Shown: positions 41,617 through 56,801, counted from the stretch's first letter. The stretch: DNA of 64,000 bases from Proteromonas lacertae (GCA_002245135.1 NGBS01000016.1:62001-126000), one strand, 5' to 3'. Translations and numbers: made by a program. Notes: generated from the letters alone by a model not told the origin.

Positions 41617-42495
41617 TTAAGCCAAATCAGCTTCTTCTTTAGTTGTAAATACTGTGTTTTTGAATTTATTATCAGAATTTTGTTTTGAATCAATATAATG
41701 TTCAACTATTTTCTCTATTACAGCATCTTTTTGTTCATTATTCATTTCTTCAAAACCTCTAAACCACATCAACATATCTTTGGCTTTGCTAGCATAAGTA
41801 CATGCCAAAAAGGAATTACCACAATTTTGAACTATCAAAGAGACTATTTCTTCATCTACTTTTTCTAATATTCCTTCATTTAGATTGGGATTATTGAATT
41901 CTGCTATTACTTCCTTCTTCAAACTGCCACTTATATTAATTTCATTCTCAGAACCAACAGTTATATATCTTTCAATCATTTTCTTTACTCTCTCAACTAT
42001 TGTGATAGAAGCAGATGGAGATCCAAGTGTATGAGATAAATAGTATAATCTAAAGCATTATAAATTGATTGAATTATACAAACTATCTCCATTATACAGT
42101 AAATCCAACATTTCTTGCAGTTTTGTTGAATTCCAATCATCTTCTGGATGTTCTGCATGTAGATATGCTATTGCATAATCTTCTACATAATCAAAAGAGA
42201 TATTCTTATATCTATCTTCACCACATTCTTGGAACATACTGACAGTGTATTTTTTAACTCTTACAGTAGTATTACTTATCATTTGAGCAACTCTATCAAC
42301 TGCATCTAAATTATTATGCAAAGACTCTTCTAATTGTGTTGTTACATCATTAATATAACCTTCTAATGATTCTAAATCACATGCATATATTCTTAACAAA
42401 AATAAAACATTATATTGATACTCTCCATATAATAAATAACTCTTTCCATAGGAAGATGAAAAATACATTAGTATTACGTAAACCACTATCGTCTA
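41617..42495 (-). CDS. RGS-domain protein with one hydrophobic segment; start unresolved
   Basis: IERYITVGSENEINIS...KKEV RGS motif; a short intron joins the two ORFs in frame. Confidence 0.55.
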
Positions 42496-42668
42496 ATAGA
42501 ATAAGAATGCATCATTCACACAAATTATAAATTTATATAAACACAATTATATCATCACTTATCTTATTTTTAACAATTTTTAAATTTCATTTTATCAAGC
42601 CAAATATTCATTTAGTCGTTTCATTATTATATTCTTATCTTTTTCTCTTTATATACTATTCGTATGAT

Positions 42669-44171
42669 ATGAATAAAACCAAAAATATAATAAAGAAGAC
42701 ATATAATATACGAAAAATTCGTGAGAATGATTTGATGAATTATTGTGAAAAAGTGAAAATAATCGAAAGAATGAGAGTAGCAAACTACTGTCGAATATTA
42801 AGTGTGAATGTAAGGCGTCATGAATTGTATGTGAAACGATATACATACGAGTGTAGTTTAGGAGTGTTGTTATATAATAGTGAGTTAGAAACTGATTTTG
42901 TTGATGAAATAATATGTAAATTATTAAGAAGTGTGATGATGTTGAATGAATTGAATATATGTAATGGTAATTTGAATATGAATAATATGTTATTAGATGA
43001 AAATAATGAAATATATATAAGTGATTATTGTTTAAATGAAATTCGTGATTTGAATGATATAATAATAGAAAACTATAAATATTTAAGTCCAGAGAGTATA
43101 TTATATGGTAAAAGTGTAATTGAAAGTGATATTTGGAGTGTTGGTTTAATAATATATAAGCTATTGAAGAAAGTTGATATGATAAATGGAAAGAATAAAG
43201 AAGAGATTGAAAATATAATATTATCAATAGAAAACAAAAGAATTAAGTTGAAACTAAATGCTGATGATGATGCTGAAGATGAGAATTGTAAAAGATTGGA
43301 AATATATGAAAATATAATCAATGGTTGTTTAAAAGTGAATATATGATGATCGAATGATGATAGATGATATAATGATTGTAATAAATAAAAATGTAGAAAA
43401 TAAAGAAGATAGGAAGAGATATGAAATGCTATATAATAATATATCACTGTTTAAATACTATGAGATTATAAATAAGATAAAACATCAAGAAGTATTGAAT
43501 GTAGAAGAAATCCAATTTATCTGTAATAATGAAGATATAATCTACAAACTGGTAACACATTATAATCGTCACAATTCACTATATGATTTCTGTATATTGA
43601 AATCCATGAAGTGGGATAGCGAATATAGAATCATTTTATCGTGTTGATTGGCCACCAGTAGGTAATAATGCAAGAGAAATAAAAATGATAAGTTCTTTCG
43701 CTTATATTGGATATGATATTATCCTTAAACATTATTACGTATGATATAACACCTACAGATTGTACTTGAATTTATTTCAATACTTTAAATGTTTCCCTAA
43801 TGTTCAATATATCAATTTGAAGAGGTCAAAATATTGGAGATACAGGAGTGATGTTATTAATTGATAGTTTCATCTATTTTGAATGTCTGAAAGATTTAGA
43901 TATATCTGAAACTGGAATTAGTAATGATTCAATAAAATATTTGAGTGAAAAGAAAATAAGAATGTCAAATCTAATCACATTAAGAATTCAGAAGAATAAT
44001 TTCAACAAAATGATTGCAAAATACATCCGATTATCAATTGAATATTTACCTAAAATAGAAAATATTTATATAGAAGGATTTAAAGAAGAAACATCAACAA
44101 TCGTATCATTACAAAAGATGTATCCAAAAATGACATTTAAATCCCACAAATTAGTGATTAATTTTTTATAA
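42669..44171 (+). pseudogene. Pseudokinase-LRR paralog disrupted by several frameshifts
   Basis: CNGNLNMNN, SDY, YLSPE, DIWSVG, then LRRs (LKDLDISETGISND); frame breaks near 43344, 43640 and 43820 not explained by clean introns. Confidence 0.6.
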
Positions 44172-44619
44172 TCTAGACTTTAGTTTGTGTTTTGATTTTA
44201 TTCTTCTCTTATTGAATAGGATGTCTAACCACTGTCATACATAATTCTATTTTACACAAAAAAGAGTTTGAGTATTTATGTTTACATCATTTTTCATATT
44301 TCAATATATTTATATTTCACACAAATTACAAATGTTTTTGGATCTTCATAGAAATGAATACTTTTGTTTTCTATTCAACTGTTGTATTATTATAATTTGT
44401 AAGTTATTATTCTATACTTTATTAACTATATCGCAATGTTGAAGTAAATTCTATGATGTGATAAAAGGTAATAATCAACCATTTGTTTTAACAACCATTG
44501 GGAATTTCAAATTTGAGATTTAATAAACATCAATAAATACAATAGAAATATTCAAACAAAAATTATATTCAAGTATTAATTAAATGTATACAAGTTTTAC
44601 TATCATGTATTATATATTG

Positions 44620-46108
44620 CTAAACTTGAGGCACTTCTACTACAGCAGCTGTAGTCAGAACACCACAAAATATTTGTTTCACAATACAATCTTTAAAAGC
44701 ATCAACAACTCTTGGAGTTACTTGATCTTCGTCAGTTTTATATCCTAATCTACCATCATCACATTTCCCCCATGTATACAACTGTCCAGTATTAGCCAAT
44801 GCAGCAGTATGTGCAGTACCACACGCTATATCTACAATACCTTTATTCTGTAAGATTAGATAAGGAATATATGCACTATCTTTACTACCATGCCCTAATT
44901 GACCTGATTTGCAACTACCCCAACAATATAAATCACCGTACTTCGTTAAAGCTGCAGTATGCCAACAACCACATGATACTTTTGTAACGAATTGACTTTC
45001 GATATCTTTCACTATTTTAGGCTCAAAGCAATGACCTGTTTTACTATGTCCTAATCTACCATCATCATCAAATCCCCAAGTATATAACTTACCCTCTTTA
45101 CTCAATGCAGCAGTATGATGTCCACCACAAGATACTTGCACTATATCAATATCCTTCAATGATTCTACTAATTTCGGATATGATTGTTCAGAACCATCTT
45201 TATGACCCAATCTGCCACCATTTCCATATCCCCAGGTGTATAATTTATGATCATTTTTAGATAAAGCACCACAATGCAATCCACCACAGGATATACTCTC
45301 AATTGGAATATAATCAGCGAAGTATAAGACGAGCATAGGCTTGTCATATGTCAAATTATTACCATGACCTAGTCGACCATCTGAACCTAAGCCCCATGTG
45401 TATAATTTACCTTCATTTGTTAATGCTGCTGAATGTAACTCACCACACTTTATTTCTATTATATTTTCATTGATTAATGTTTGCACTAGTTTGGGATATA
45501 ATACATCAAGTGTATTCCCATGTCCTAGCCTTCCATCTCCTCCATAGCCCCAACTATAGAGTTTACCTTCTTTAGTCAGTGCTAATGTATGAGATGTACC
45601 TAATGATATCTATTTATATCATATTTATAACAAATACTTGTGTAATTGATAATGTATTAAAAGCATCTAGTATAATAGGTATATTTGAGCCACATCTATC
45701 TCCTGTTCCTAATTGTCCATGTTCACCTTTACCCCATATATATGTATAAGTTGTTGTTGGTACTACAATTCCGAAATAATCGATTTCATCCTGCAGTACT
45801 TCCTTTGGTATATTCTTAGGACAATATATATTTCCAGTTCGATAGCTATATATATAAAATTATATTTTCATAACATACAAATGAAGAATAGCTTCAAAAG
45901 CATCAGGATTTCGATCAAAGAATATTTCACCATTCGAATCCTTCTTTAATAAATACGTATTTCTTGCTGAAAACATTGTTCCTAACAAAGATTCAGGATA
46001 TGTAGAAAATGTGGATATTTGAGTTTCAAATCTTCTACCACCTACGTTAATAATGATACGGCTATCAATATCTCTGTATTCTTCTGTATTTTTGGATTGG
46101 AATGACAT
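44620..46108 (-). CDS. KCTD/T1-type BTB domain plus RCC1 repeats
   Basis: IIINVGGRRFET...YPESLLGTMFS...FFDRNPDAFEAIL; about seven repeats of CG..HTAAL..G.LYTWG...GRLGH. Confidence 0.85.
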
Positions 46109-46229
46109 AGCACTCAAGAAAGATTTAGTTTAAAAACAATTTTGATTTTCAAACGCCAAACTCTTAATTTGGGGTACATTTTTGGTAATTTTTTTTTATA
46201 ACGAAAATCGTTATACGTTTTAAAACTAG

Positions 46230-49200
46230 ATGACTGACTTTAAAAACTTAGTAGAAGGATATAAAACAGTATATTGCATTTGATTCTAATGTTTAGCATT
46301 GGATCGATTCGAAATTTAACTCATCAGTATTTTGTTCTACGACTATTTATGTAGGTTCAATCATTAATTGAAAAAACTGGAACTACATGTGTATATTTAT
46401 GTAGTGATGAAAACTCAAAGAAAGCTTCAGTACTAAAATTGATTTTTACTGATGGTATATCTGAAGAAAAGATTAAATTCTATGTATATTAACTTATATT
46501 ATTTATTAGGAAGCATGCATATCAGTGTTAGACGTAGGGCAAGGTTTCATAGCTAAATCCGAATATGCATATATTCCAGACAAGCACCTTATAGCATTAT
46601 CAATGAGACATTATCATAGTTCTGTTGCAATGGAAAATACACTCAATAATTTCGATACAGAAAGAAGATGTGATTTATTAAATGAAGTCTTAGAAACAAT
46701 AGAAGCTCTATTTGCATTAAAAATAACTCATGGTAATATTAAGCCTTCAAACATATTTTTATGTGAAGATGGTCACTTTTACCTCAGTGATGCTTGTAAG
46801 AATATGTTATACATTGACAAAGATGGATGTAAAATTACCAATATCTCCACCTTTGAATACTCAAGTCCAGAACTATTAAAAGGAGAAAGTTATGATATAG
46901 AAAGTGATGTTTGGAGCTTTGGTTGTTTATTATATTATATGTTTAGTGGCATTTCACCATTTACAGATGATTCAATAGATGAAGTAAAGACTCATGTAAT
47001 GAATGTGGAATATGATGATTTAGACTGTGATTCAACAGGTGATTTAACTCAATTATTACATAAAATATTAACAAAAAATCCAAAAGAAAGATTAACTCCA
47101 GAACAACTTAAGAATGAATTTGAAAGTATAAATTAATAAAATTTTATTATTTTCTAAATATATAGTTTTAAGTACAACTTTAGTCTATCTAACACCATCA
47201 GTAACTAGAAAAACCACATCAAAGAAGAAGCAAATTAACCAAATGATGAGTAATATAAAGAAAGTAATAGAAACAGGTAAACCAGTAACTCAATCGGATA
47301 TAATCCAAACCATCTTCTCCAATGAAGAATTATTACCTAAAATCATTACAGCCAATAATATATCAAAGAATCCATTATATTTCTTCTTGTTAATGTATTT
47401 AGCCTTAGAAAAAAATGAAGAAATTATTACAATCAATGAAAAGATCAAGATTGATGGACCATTGAATGAAAAGTTATGGAAAGCCATAAAAGGAACAAGA
47501 TATCTTAGTTTTGAAGGAGATTCAGTAGGTAATAAAGGTATGGAGTATATAGTGAATAATTTCAATGCATATAACAATATTGAACATTTGAATCTTAATA
47601 AAGTTGGTATTGATGATAGTGGTATTAAATATGTGATAGAACATTTAAACCAATTACCTAATCTTAAAGAATTGAATATTTGTGATAATGATGTTACATT
47701 TCAGACTTTGGAATATTTGACAAATGAATTGAAGAAATATCCAAAATTAACATGTGATTTGAAGTGTATATATTTTTATTTAATATTATATATATAGCAT
47801 TATATATGAATTGTGTTCATGGAATGTTGACTGAAAATACGCTTATCACACAACCAGCAATGTTAAAAGGCATTCATGATAATAAAGAATGGTTAGATGA
47901 AATAGTAGCTGAACAAAAGAAGAATAAGAATAAATACTACTTCATATTGCTAATCAATATATGTTTAGAATTCCCTGATATTAAAGATAGACTACATAAA
48001 GAGTTAAGTATACCAGAAACTAGTGTAGATTATGTTATTGTTAATTCCATCATGTATAGAGGATATGATTTTGAAAATGTTGGTTTAGGAGATGATGGGA
48101 TAAAATATATTGTTGAACTCTGTAAATCAACTCCAAATATAGAAACACTTATTTTAAATGGTAATATATTGACTGACAAAGGTATTGAATCTTTAATCCC
48201 TGCATTTAGTTATATTACAAGTTTAAAAGAATTGAGTTTGAATGAGAATTTTATAGCTGATGTTGGTTTAGAGAAACTAGTTAAAGGATTTCCATCTCTA
48301 CCGAATTTAGAAGCTTTAAGGTTGATCAAAACATGTATAAGTGCTGATGGTATGAAAGTATTAGCAAGTGGTTTAAAAGATATGAAGAAATTAAAAGAAA
48401 TTGTTTTATCTTTGAATGATATCTTTGACGATGGTATGAAGATATTATGTCCAGAATTAATTCATTGTCCATTAGAAACAATCAAATTACAATATTGTAA
48501 TATCACAGATACTGGTTTGGTCTTGTTTTGTAATGTTATGAATAAATTGACAAATTTAAAAGTTGTCGCTTTAGGTGGAAATCAAATTAGTGGTGATGGA
48601 ATTAAAAAATTTGCAGAGTGTCTAAAATTCACCCCCAAAATGGATTATTTATCCTTATGGACCAATCATATTGGAGATAATGGAGCTATAGCGTTAAGTG
48701 AATCATTTAAATATATTCCATTGTTAACAAAGTTAGAAATTGGTGATAATCAAATAGGAGATTCAGGAGGTAGAAGTATTGGAAATAACTTATCATTTTT
48801 AAAGAAATTAGAGAAGTTAGAAATCGGTGAAAATCCAATAGCTGATATTGGCTTTGGTTTAATTGGTTCTTCATTAGAAAAGACATTAGAAATAAAGGAA
48901 ATATATTGTAATAATAACTTATTATCAGATTCAGGAGCTATTTCACTCGCTGATGCTATAAAGAAGTATAAAGGTTTAGAAATATTAGATGTAAGTAACA
49001 ATAAAATAACAGATGTGGGAATAGGACAGATCGCGGATGCATTAAATGGTAAAACAACTCTTAGAGAATTATGGTTTGCTGAGAATAGATATAGTGATCA
49101 AGGAGTTGTTGCATTATCAAAACCATTGAGTAAATGTGTAAATATGACGAAGTTTGTTATACATACAAATACTGTAGGTGATGTTGGAATTAATGCATTA

Positions 49201-50076
49201 AGTGATTCAATTAAGAACTTTAAGAATTTAATGAATTTGGATGTGAGTAATAATAAAATTGGGGATGATTCATGCCAAAAGTTTGGGGTTGCTTTACAAT
49301 CATTGGTTAATTTAAGAGAGTTTTATATGAATGATAATCTTGTTACTGATAATGGAATGATGAAATTGACAGTTGGTATTCAGAAGTTGGTGTTATTAGA
49401 AAGATTGGAATTACATAACAACAAAATAAGTGATGTTGGTATTAATTCATTAGCCAAAATATTTAAGAACATTACCAATTTATCTGTATTAGGTTTAGAT
49501 AATAATGAGATTGGTCCAGATGGTGCGAAAAGTTTGGGGGATGGATTTGCATTTCTTCCAAAATTAGAGAAATTAGATATTGGTTTTAACCATGTTACTG
49601 ATATTGGAGTGAGTTATATAGCTGATTCTCTGAAACATATTCAAAAATTAAAGGAATTAGGCTTAGCTAACAATGAAATTGGTGATGATGGTTTGAAATC
49701 ATTAAGTAACAACTTGAAATATATTCCAACTATTGAAACTATATTTTTAAGTAGAAATGTAATTGCTAATGAAGGTATGAAAGCATTTGGTGCTAATTTG
49801 AAGTCAATTCCTGAATTGAAGGAGATGTATTTTGCTATTAATAAAATTGAATCTGATGGATTTAAAGGATTGTGTGATAATCTTAAGTTTGTTCCACAGC
49901 TTGAAGTTCTTGCGATAGATTATAATTCTATATCAGATGTTGGATTTTCATCATTGAGTAGGGCAATGCCATTCTTGAAGAATCTCAGAGAGTTGTGGCT
50001 GAAAGATAATCCTATCAAGTTAGATTTAATGTCAAATCTACAAAATAAATACCAGTATGTAGAAATTAAATATTAA
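46230..50076 (+). CDS. Pseudokinase fused to a long array of 28-residue ribonuclease-inhibitor-like LRRs, multi-exon
   Basis: Spliced N-lobe from ATG 46230; HGNIKPSN, SDA, YSSPE, DVWSFG; more than 20 LxxLxLxxNxIxDxG repeats. Confidence 0.85.
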
Positions 50077-50212
50077 AATAGCAAAATATGTATCTTAGTT
50101 TATAAATAAACCGTAAATATTTTATATTTCTTTTTTTATTTGCAATATGTGATGTTTTTTTGTGATTTGACCAAAATTGTGTAAATTACATGAAATTGAG
50201 TAATTTAATAAA

Positions 50213-53200
50213 ATGGATTTGTCTTCATCGTTTTCTTCTTCAATTTATGAAAAATCTTTACTGCAATTAATCGAAGGTTTTAGTAATACTCAGAATGTAG
50301 CAGAAAATCACTTGATTATCTTCTTGTCGCTTTATCCTTTAAACAATAATGAAAAGTACAACTAATTCAACTTATATTCAGCTTCTACAACTCATATATA
50401 ACATTGGATGAGAGATATTTTATTTTCATGTCAAATATTCCTTCAATGGTGATTTTAACAAATGGAAAGTATATATTATACCTCTTAATCTTTTAATGAA
50501 TAGTTACAATAATTTAATTTTACCATATATTATGAGATTCGTTAGGAATTATTCAAAATTTAGTTATTCTGAATCAAAACAACTTGAAGAGTGTATTATT
50601 AGATTTTATGATGTATGTATATAAATATATAATACAATATATTTTAATAGACTCTATGTGATTGTCTTCCCTTTTTCTCATTTTCTGAAGTCTCCGCTAT
50701 TATTGATTCAATATCATCTCAAATCATTAATTTTCTAGACACAATTGTATATTATATAATATTAATGAATAGGATAATACACAATCTAAAAGATCTTTGA
50801 TTAATTTACTACAAGGATTATCCAAGCAATATAACAAATCATTTCAATTCCCAGTCAAGCAGTTTGAATCATTATTATTCTTAGATAAATTCATAAAAGT
50901 CATATTAAACAAATCACTTCCAAATTTACAGGAATGTTATACATCTCCTAGTAATTCGATTGGTTTAAGTCCTTCAAAGTCAATTACATCACCAGATAGT
51001 ACAAATAACCATAATAAAATGATAATCAGAAATACTTCAATCTCTCATTTAGTTTATATCACTTACTATGGAAGTGAAACAACTCTTTTGATTAATTCGA
51101 TGTTCTTATTTATTAATAGAATAATCATATCTTCTTATAAAGATAATAATAATAATAATATTTCTGATAATTCTATTCATTTATTTAGCATTGTTGAACC
51201 ATTAATAACAAGAGGTCCAAGTTGTTTATTTGATGGAAGCTGTATTTTATTCTTGTCTGTTATATTAACCAATAATTCATTCCAAAGGAAATCATTTAAA
51301 ACGATTTTGAAGAGATTATATAGTTCAATTCATCACAATAACTGTAAAGTATTTATAAATTATTTATATTCTTTAATATTTTGAATAGTCTATAAATCAA
51401 TTGTTATACATCTTATCAGAATTAGTAATTCAATCAAATAATGATTTTATTATTGATTATATGAAGGGATTGTCATCCATATTTAAATATAATAATAATA
51501 ATGAAAACTATGAAAGTATTATTATTATTTAAATGATTATTATTATTATTAATAGATGTATGGAATAATAGTGAAATCTCCAATTTAATCTACGATTATA
51601 TTATCAAAATAATGAATCATGAAATGACAATAATCTTAGCAACAGAGAATAATATAAATTCATATTATCTATCAAACACTCATGAATTTATATTGTCTTT
51701 ATATAATACCTATTATCGAATTGAACAAAATAAAATAGGTTGTTCTTCCTCATTTCTTATCTTTTTAATTAAATTTATAAGTGTAATTGGAATGAAATGT
51801 AATGATATAAAAGTGATAAAAACACTTTTACTCACATTTGGAACTAAAATCACTACAATTTCTATCAATGAAAATAATTATAAATATTTTATGTTGTTAT
51901 TATCAGAAATGATTAAAATTGCGTTTATTTCTATTAAATATAGTGAAACATCAACTGATGGATTTGGAATAATCAAACTGTTGTTTGATTTATTGAAAAA
52001 ATCATATTCTCAACCTTTTTATTGCATTTTACCCAATTTATATGAAAATATATATTATTGCTGTGTAAATATAACAAATATAAACTCAGTTAAAACTCAA
52101 AAAGAGTTTATTAGAATATTTTTAACAAGTGTAAAGAAATTGTCTTTTAATATATACAATAAACATTCAAACCAATCATTTGTGGTGTTAAATGATATTT
52201 TTAATGAATTAATTCCATGTTTTAACTCTTTACCATCTTATTATAATGGTTATCTAACATTAAATGAAGTAAATGTTATAGATAATTCAATAAAATTGCT
52301 TTATAATGATATTTGGTTTGTTTTAGTGTTGATTCATTTGTTGTGCCCAATTGAAAGTATTATTCAAACTACTAAATGGTATGAATATAATGTATTTGCA
52401 TCAAAATCACCACTATTAACAAATATGGTCACCAAAAATTTGGACATAACTACCCAATTAGAATATAATCAAACCATCAGTCAAACTTTTAATGAAAGAA
52501 ATTTGTTTATTTTTAAAGATTTCTTGTTGAAATTACTCCCTGAATATATATTGGATATTGCAACATTATCATATCCATTATTAGTGTATTTAACATCAAT
52601 GTATAATATTTTACATATTAATATTATTATAGTTATTTCCTTGAATCAATGAAATCTACACAAACAAACAATATCAAGTCAATATTTCTCTATTTCTTAG
52701 ATAAAACTAACTATAGTTTATCATTTACACGATGTTTGATAGGAATAAGCAGTATAATATTCAATACATTTATACAATCACAAAAGGTATTATTAAATAT
52801 TGAAATATTGAATGATTTATTACAATTCTATTTATCATTATCAGTTAATAGAAATGAAGTGGTTAGAACTTTAGCTATACAATATACTGTCATTTTAATT
52901 AATGAATTTTCTATAATAAAATATAATATCATCAATATAATAACACTGTTAGAAATAATCAATGTATTATGTGAAGAATATAATGAAATTATTATTTCAC
53001 CATCTATTTCTTATAATAAAATAAAAATCTCAACTCTTCCACAACCTATTGATTTGCCATGTACAAGAGGCTGTATTAAAACAGTAATGCTACAGTTGGA
53101 AGTGATATATAATAAATGGATCAGTGAAAGTATTCAAAGACATTCAGATAAAATGGTGATTCTATTACACTCTATTCTAACATCAATTAATAATAAAACG

Positions 53201-56200
53201 AATATATATTCAAAAAGTAGAAATATATCAGTTGTAATTACAAACATTTTGAATAACCAATCAATTTTTCCATTTTCTACATCTATGATAACTTTGAATT
53301 ATAGAACATTAAACTATAAATTGAATGAATATGAATTGCAAAGTTATTATATGGGTTATATTAACTCTCAGATAGATTTAATAATGAAAGAAACGAATAA
53401 AACTGAATTAGAATCAATTCGATTATTATCTGATCTTATTTGTAAAAAATATGAAATAATTAAGAGTAAATATAACAGTTATCTAATTGAAACTCAACTA
53501 CAAAATCAATATTCGGAAGAGAATAAAGTTTTATCTTTCATTTATGAAGAATATTCCAATATAATTTATTCATCAACAGTTTTATCACTTCTACTATCCA
53601 ATAAATATAACAGTTACAATGATAAACTGTTATACATTCTTGTCTATTTACCAATAATCATATGGTCAGATAAAACAATGAAAATTGCATGTTTCAATTG
53701 GAATTGGTTTATTTATTTATCAAATAGTAATAGTAACAATGCTGTATCAATGAAATTATGGAATTATATCTTTAATTCATTAGCTTATACAAAATACAAT
53801 AAATATGGAATGTTTTATGAAAAGCCAATGAAAGAAAGGTTTAATGAATGGTTTAACAACAAGAATAGTGATAATTTGATATTTTCACCATCTCAAGGTA
53901 ATTATTATATCTATTCACCTGAAAATAACTTCATTAATATGAGTAAAAGAAATGAAATATATAACAATTCTGAACCGCATAAAATAATGTTGAAGTTTAT
54001 AATGATGAATATTCAAACATCAATTTATACTTATCCATTGTTACTACAAAATTATACTGTTTTGCTCAGTGAATTGATAACTGATAATTTGTCAATCAAC
54101 ATGAATGATATCACTTCATTTGAATGTCAAATGTTACTCATTGAATCTGTTCTTCAAATCATATTATCTCAAAAACATGCATATAGTTTGAACTATTTCT
54201 TAATTTCTAAAGCTTTTTTATTAACCATGAATATATTATCATTTCCTATGGTTCAATATCCATCAAACTCAGATTATAAGTGTATGTCACTTATAAATAC
54301 AATGATTCAAACAATAAAATTGTATGAAGAAATAGTATATATAAATATTATATTATATTTTCCTATAGAAATCATGGACTTGTATTGTTCCAATTGATAT
54401 TTCCAGTGTTTATACCATCAGACATCCTCATTTATTCATAATCAGAAATCTATCATTATTGAATGAATTGATCATATTTCTATTGAATAAGAAAGTAGAA
54501 ATATTATATTCTTATTACAACCCAATGAATTACAGTTATAAAGTTATACCCAATATTCTACAGTATATTACATATCCAAAATCTCATGTGAATAATGATA
54601 AAATCTGGAGATTATATACGGATGTATTATATCAAATCAATCCAATATTAGTGTTAAGAATCAACAAATATTTGTTTAATAACAACAACAAGATAATGAA
54701 GAATGAAATAAAGAATATTGTCATTCAAAAACCATTGAATATATGTAATGAAAGTGATTTATCGTTAAGATTTATAATCAATAAAAACACAATAAGAAAC
54801 AATCCATATCTGTTGTATAATTTAATCTATTTTGCCATTCCCTCATTTCCAATTCTTCTTCGTTTATTATCTCGTTGTTCTCCAATATCTTCAAAAGAAA
54901 CACCCTATTTTTCATATAAAATAATCAGTCTGTTTACTGTAAGAAGTTTTAAGTATTTTAGTTCAGATACAATCACATTTTATCTACCACAATTAGTTCA
55001 ATCTTTAAGATTCGATTTTTATAACTTAATGAGAAATTATTTATATAAAATCTCCAAACAATCAATTTTAGCAACACATCAATTAATTTGGAATTTAAAA
55101 AGTGAATCAAAGAATGAAAATAAATCTGATTTTTCGTATGGATATTTAGGATTATTATTAGGTTCAGATCCTTTACCCAAAATTGCACTAGAAATGATCA
55201 ATGATATAGAATCATTATTATCACCTGAAGCAAAATTGTTATATGATGATGAATTTACCTTCTTTGAAATATTATCATCAATAAGTGGTAGATTAATAAA
55301 AGATGAAGCACAAAAGAGATATAAAATGTTACATGAATATTTGAATGATTTAAAACCACAATTATCATTAGATAATAAGATAATCTATTTACCATCTAAT
55401 CCTTACAAGAGAATAGTTTCTATTAATTACAATAGTGCTTGTCCAATGCAAAGTGCAATGAAAGCACCATATCTATTATCATTTGTAGTGGAAGATTATA
55501 ATGGTCCAGATTCATGTGTTGAAATTGGCAAAGAATTATTGGAAATAAGAAGAAGAGGAGTTAATAATAATAGCAATAGTCAACAACAACAACAACAACA
55601 ACAACAACAGCGTCAGTTGATAAGAGCAGTATATTATTATAAATATACTTTTATATATATCTTTTTTTAGAATTCTGTTCAATGCTATTATGAAAAAGCT
55701 GTAGTAACAGTTCAAAAAACACTTCAGAATATCACTTATTCATTTTCTGCATCTTCACCATCTGATATTGAAGAAGATGAACCAATTATCAATTTTGAAG
55801 ATAATATAGCAATAGAAAATGAAAGAGTGTCATTATCAGATTATGAAGACAAAGAACCACATTCAAAACATAAACATATAAAATCAATATTCAAAAGAAT
55901 TCAAAAACATAAATATAGACATCCAAGTCAAAAGAAAAGTAGTGAAATTGAAACAAAAGGATCGAATGAATTAAGTGTTATATTCAAAGTGTATAATTTA
56001 TATTAATTAATTCTTATTTATAATAGAAATGATGATTGTAGACAAGATGCATTAGCTTTGCAATTCACCAACTTGATGAAAGTAATATTTGAAAAAGCTG
56101 GTTTAGATAGTAAAGTATTTCCTTACAGAGTAGTTCCTAGTCGTAGTGGTGCTAATTTAATAGTCGGTGGAATATTGGAGGTAGTTGAAAACACAAAATC

Positions 56201-56801
56201 GAGAGATTCAATTGGCAAAACAGGTGTAAGAAGACTAATCGATTTTTATTTAAATAATTTTGGCAAAAAAGAAAGTGATTCGTTTTTAAAAGCACAAAAG
56301 AATTTTGTGAAGAGTTTAGCTGGCTATGCGATAGTTTGTTTTCTATTGGCTGTAAAAGATCGACATAATGGTAATTTGTTGATAAACAATGAAGGATTTT
56401 TAATACATATTGATTTTGGTTTTTTATTAGGAATTAGTCCAGGTGGTAATTTAGGATTTGAAACTGCTGCATTTAAGCTAAGCAATGAAATGTATGAATT
56501 ATTAGGAAGTAGTTTTGATTCTGATGTATTTGTAGAATTTAGTGAATTATGTATAAGATCATATTTATCAGCTCGATTGTATTATTATCCACTTGTTAAT
56601 CTGATTAAGAGTATGTGTGATAGTGGATTACACTGTTTTGTTCCAAAAACGTTAATCTATTTGAAAGATAGATTTCATCCAGAATTGAATGATCTAGAAG
56701 CAGCTAAATTCATGAAAGATAGTATAAAAGATGCTGTTGATAAATGGACAACGAATGTATACGATGGTATTCAGAAATTCCAGAATGATATTGCTTATTA
56801 A
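50213..56801 (+). CDS. PI4KA: Phosphatidylinositol 4-kinase type III alpha (Stt4-like), multi-exon
   Basis: FYLPQLVQSLRFD, HQLIWNL, PMQSAMKAPYL, DDCRQDALALQ, KDRHNGNLL...HIDFGF, YDGIQKFQNDIAY*. Confidence 0.92.
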
